Assembly (NCBI GenBank): GCA_045586595.1
Contig: JAZNAQ010000022.1
Span: 1,605-65,604 of the forward strand
Direction of reading: 5' to 3'
From: Eubacteriales bacterium
GTDB taxonomy: Bacteria; Bacillota; Clostridia; Oscillospirales; JAAYXM01
DNA length: 64,000 nt
Shown here: in pieces, positions 63,756-64,000 of the stretch
Layout of the letters: every line of letters starts with the position of its first letter
Position numbering within the stretch: the stretch's first letter is position 1
Notes under the pieces: generated by a model
The model's database searches: none
The model's input: the letters and a program-made list of their open reading frames with translations, nothing else
What the model was told of the DNA's origin: nothing
Translations under genes and position numbers: made by a program

Positions 63756-64000
63756 ATGAGACCCAAAGACCTTATAGATACACAGGATTTTTCAAAGCCC
63801 GAAATACTCCATATTATAAATATCGGGCTTGCACTCAAAAAGTGTATCAAAAACGGCTATTACCCGCCAATTCTCAGAAACAAAACGCTGGGCATGATTT
63901 TCCAGCAGAGTTCAACACGTACAAGAGTTTCGTTTGAAACCGCTATGGAGCAGCTTGGCGGTCATGCTCAGTATCTCGCACCGGGCCAGATTCAGCTTGG
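63756..64000 (+). CDS. Carbamoyltransferase (ornithine/putrescine carbamoyltransferase-like), N-terminal part, runs off the window
   Basis: Hand translation from ATG 63756 (RBS GGAGGA): [29 protein letters not shown]...[19 protein letters not shown]. It contains the S-T-R-T-R carbamoyl-phosphate binding motif. Confidence 0.7.
   Translation, partial: MRPKDLIDTQDFSKPEILHIINIGLALKKCIKNGYYPPILRNKTLGMIFQQSSTRTRVSFETAMEQLGGHAQYLAPGQIQL

Noticed and set aside
1-64000. CRISPR arrays, IS elements/transposases, integrases, rRNA, prophage modules
   Set aside because: I looked for regularly spaced short repeats, terminal inverted repeats and the corresponding ORFs. None were seen in the sequence or in the ORF track.

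Overview
A 64 kb chromosomal segment from a Firmicutes/Clostridia-type genome; the gene content (Gram-positive pel operon, lar genes, anaerobic RNR, ferredoxin-dependent 2-oxoacid oxidoreductase) suggests an anaerobic Oscillospiraceae/Ruminococcus-like organism, but that is inference. I see no transposases, integrases, CRISPR arrays or rRNA. 1-9.6 kb holds a conserved housekeeping block on the minus strand (leuS 5' part, rsfS, LCP, yqeK, nadD, rdgB, ftsY, smc). 9.7-32.7 kb is mixed metabolism (sstT, pyk, larEBC, ddh, nrdDG, nadE, cysK, galKET) with two solitary tRNA genes. 32.7-48.4 kb is a c-di-GMP/Pel exopolysaccharide locus, with a CotH-VTC-DUF4956 module translationally coupled to pelG. 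Best candidate for a new system (49.3-63.2 kb, minus strand): three complete T-box riboswitches in series with specifiers CUC (Leu), AUC (Ile) and GUA (Val). Each drives an AMP-forming acyl-CoA ligase: two HTH-cupin-ligase paralogs, and a catalytically dead LeuA homolog coupled to a TIM-barrel-ligase fusion. The series flows directly into ilvE, a P-loop gene and a four-subunit 2-oxoacid:ferredoxin oxidoreductase. I interpret this as a tRNA-charging-controlled pathway that salvages isovalerate, 2-methylbutyrate and isobutyrate into Leu, Ile and Val by reductive carboxylation. Second unexplained signal: both tRNA genes are followed by a conserved ~65-90 nt structured element. It ends in a duplicate of the upstream tRNA's own 3' end, starting at G57 of the T-loop and running through CCA. 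Stem covariation between the two copies supports the structure.
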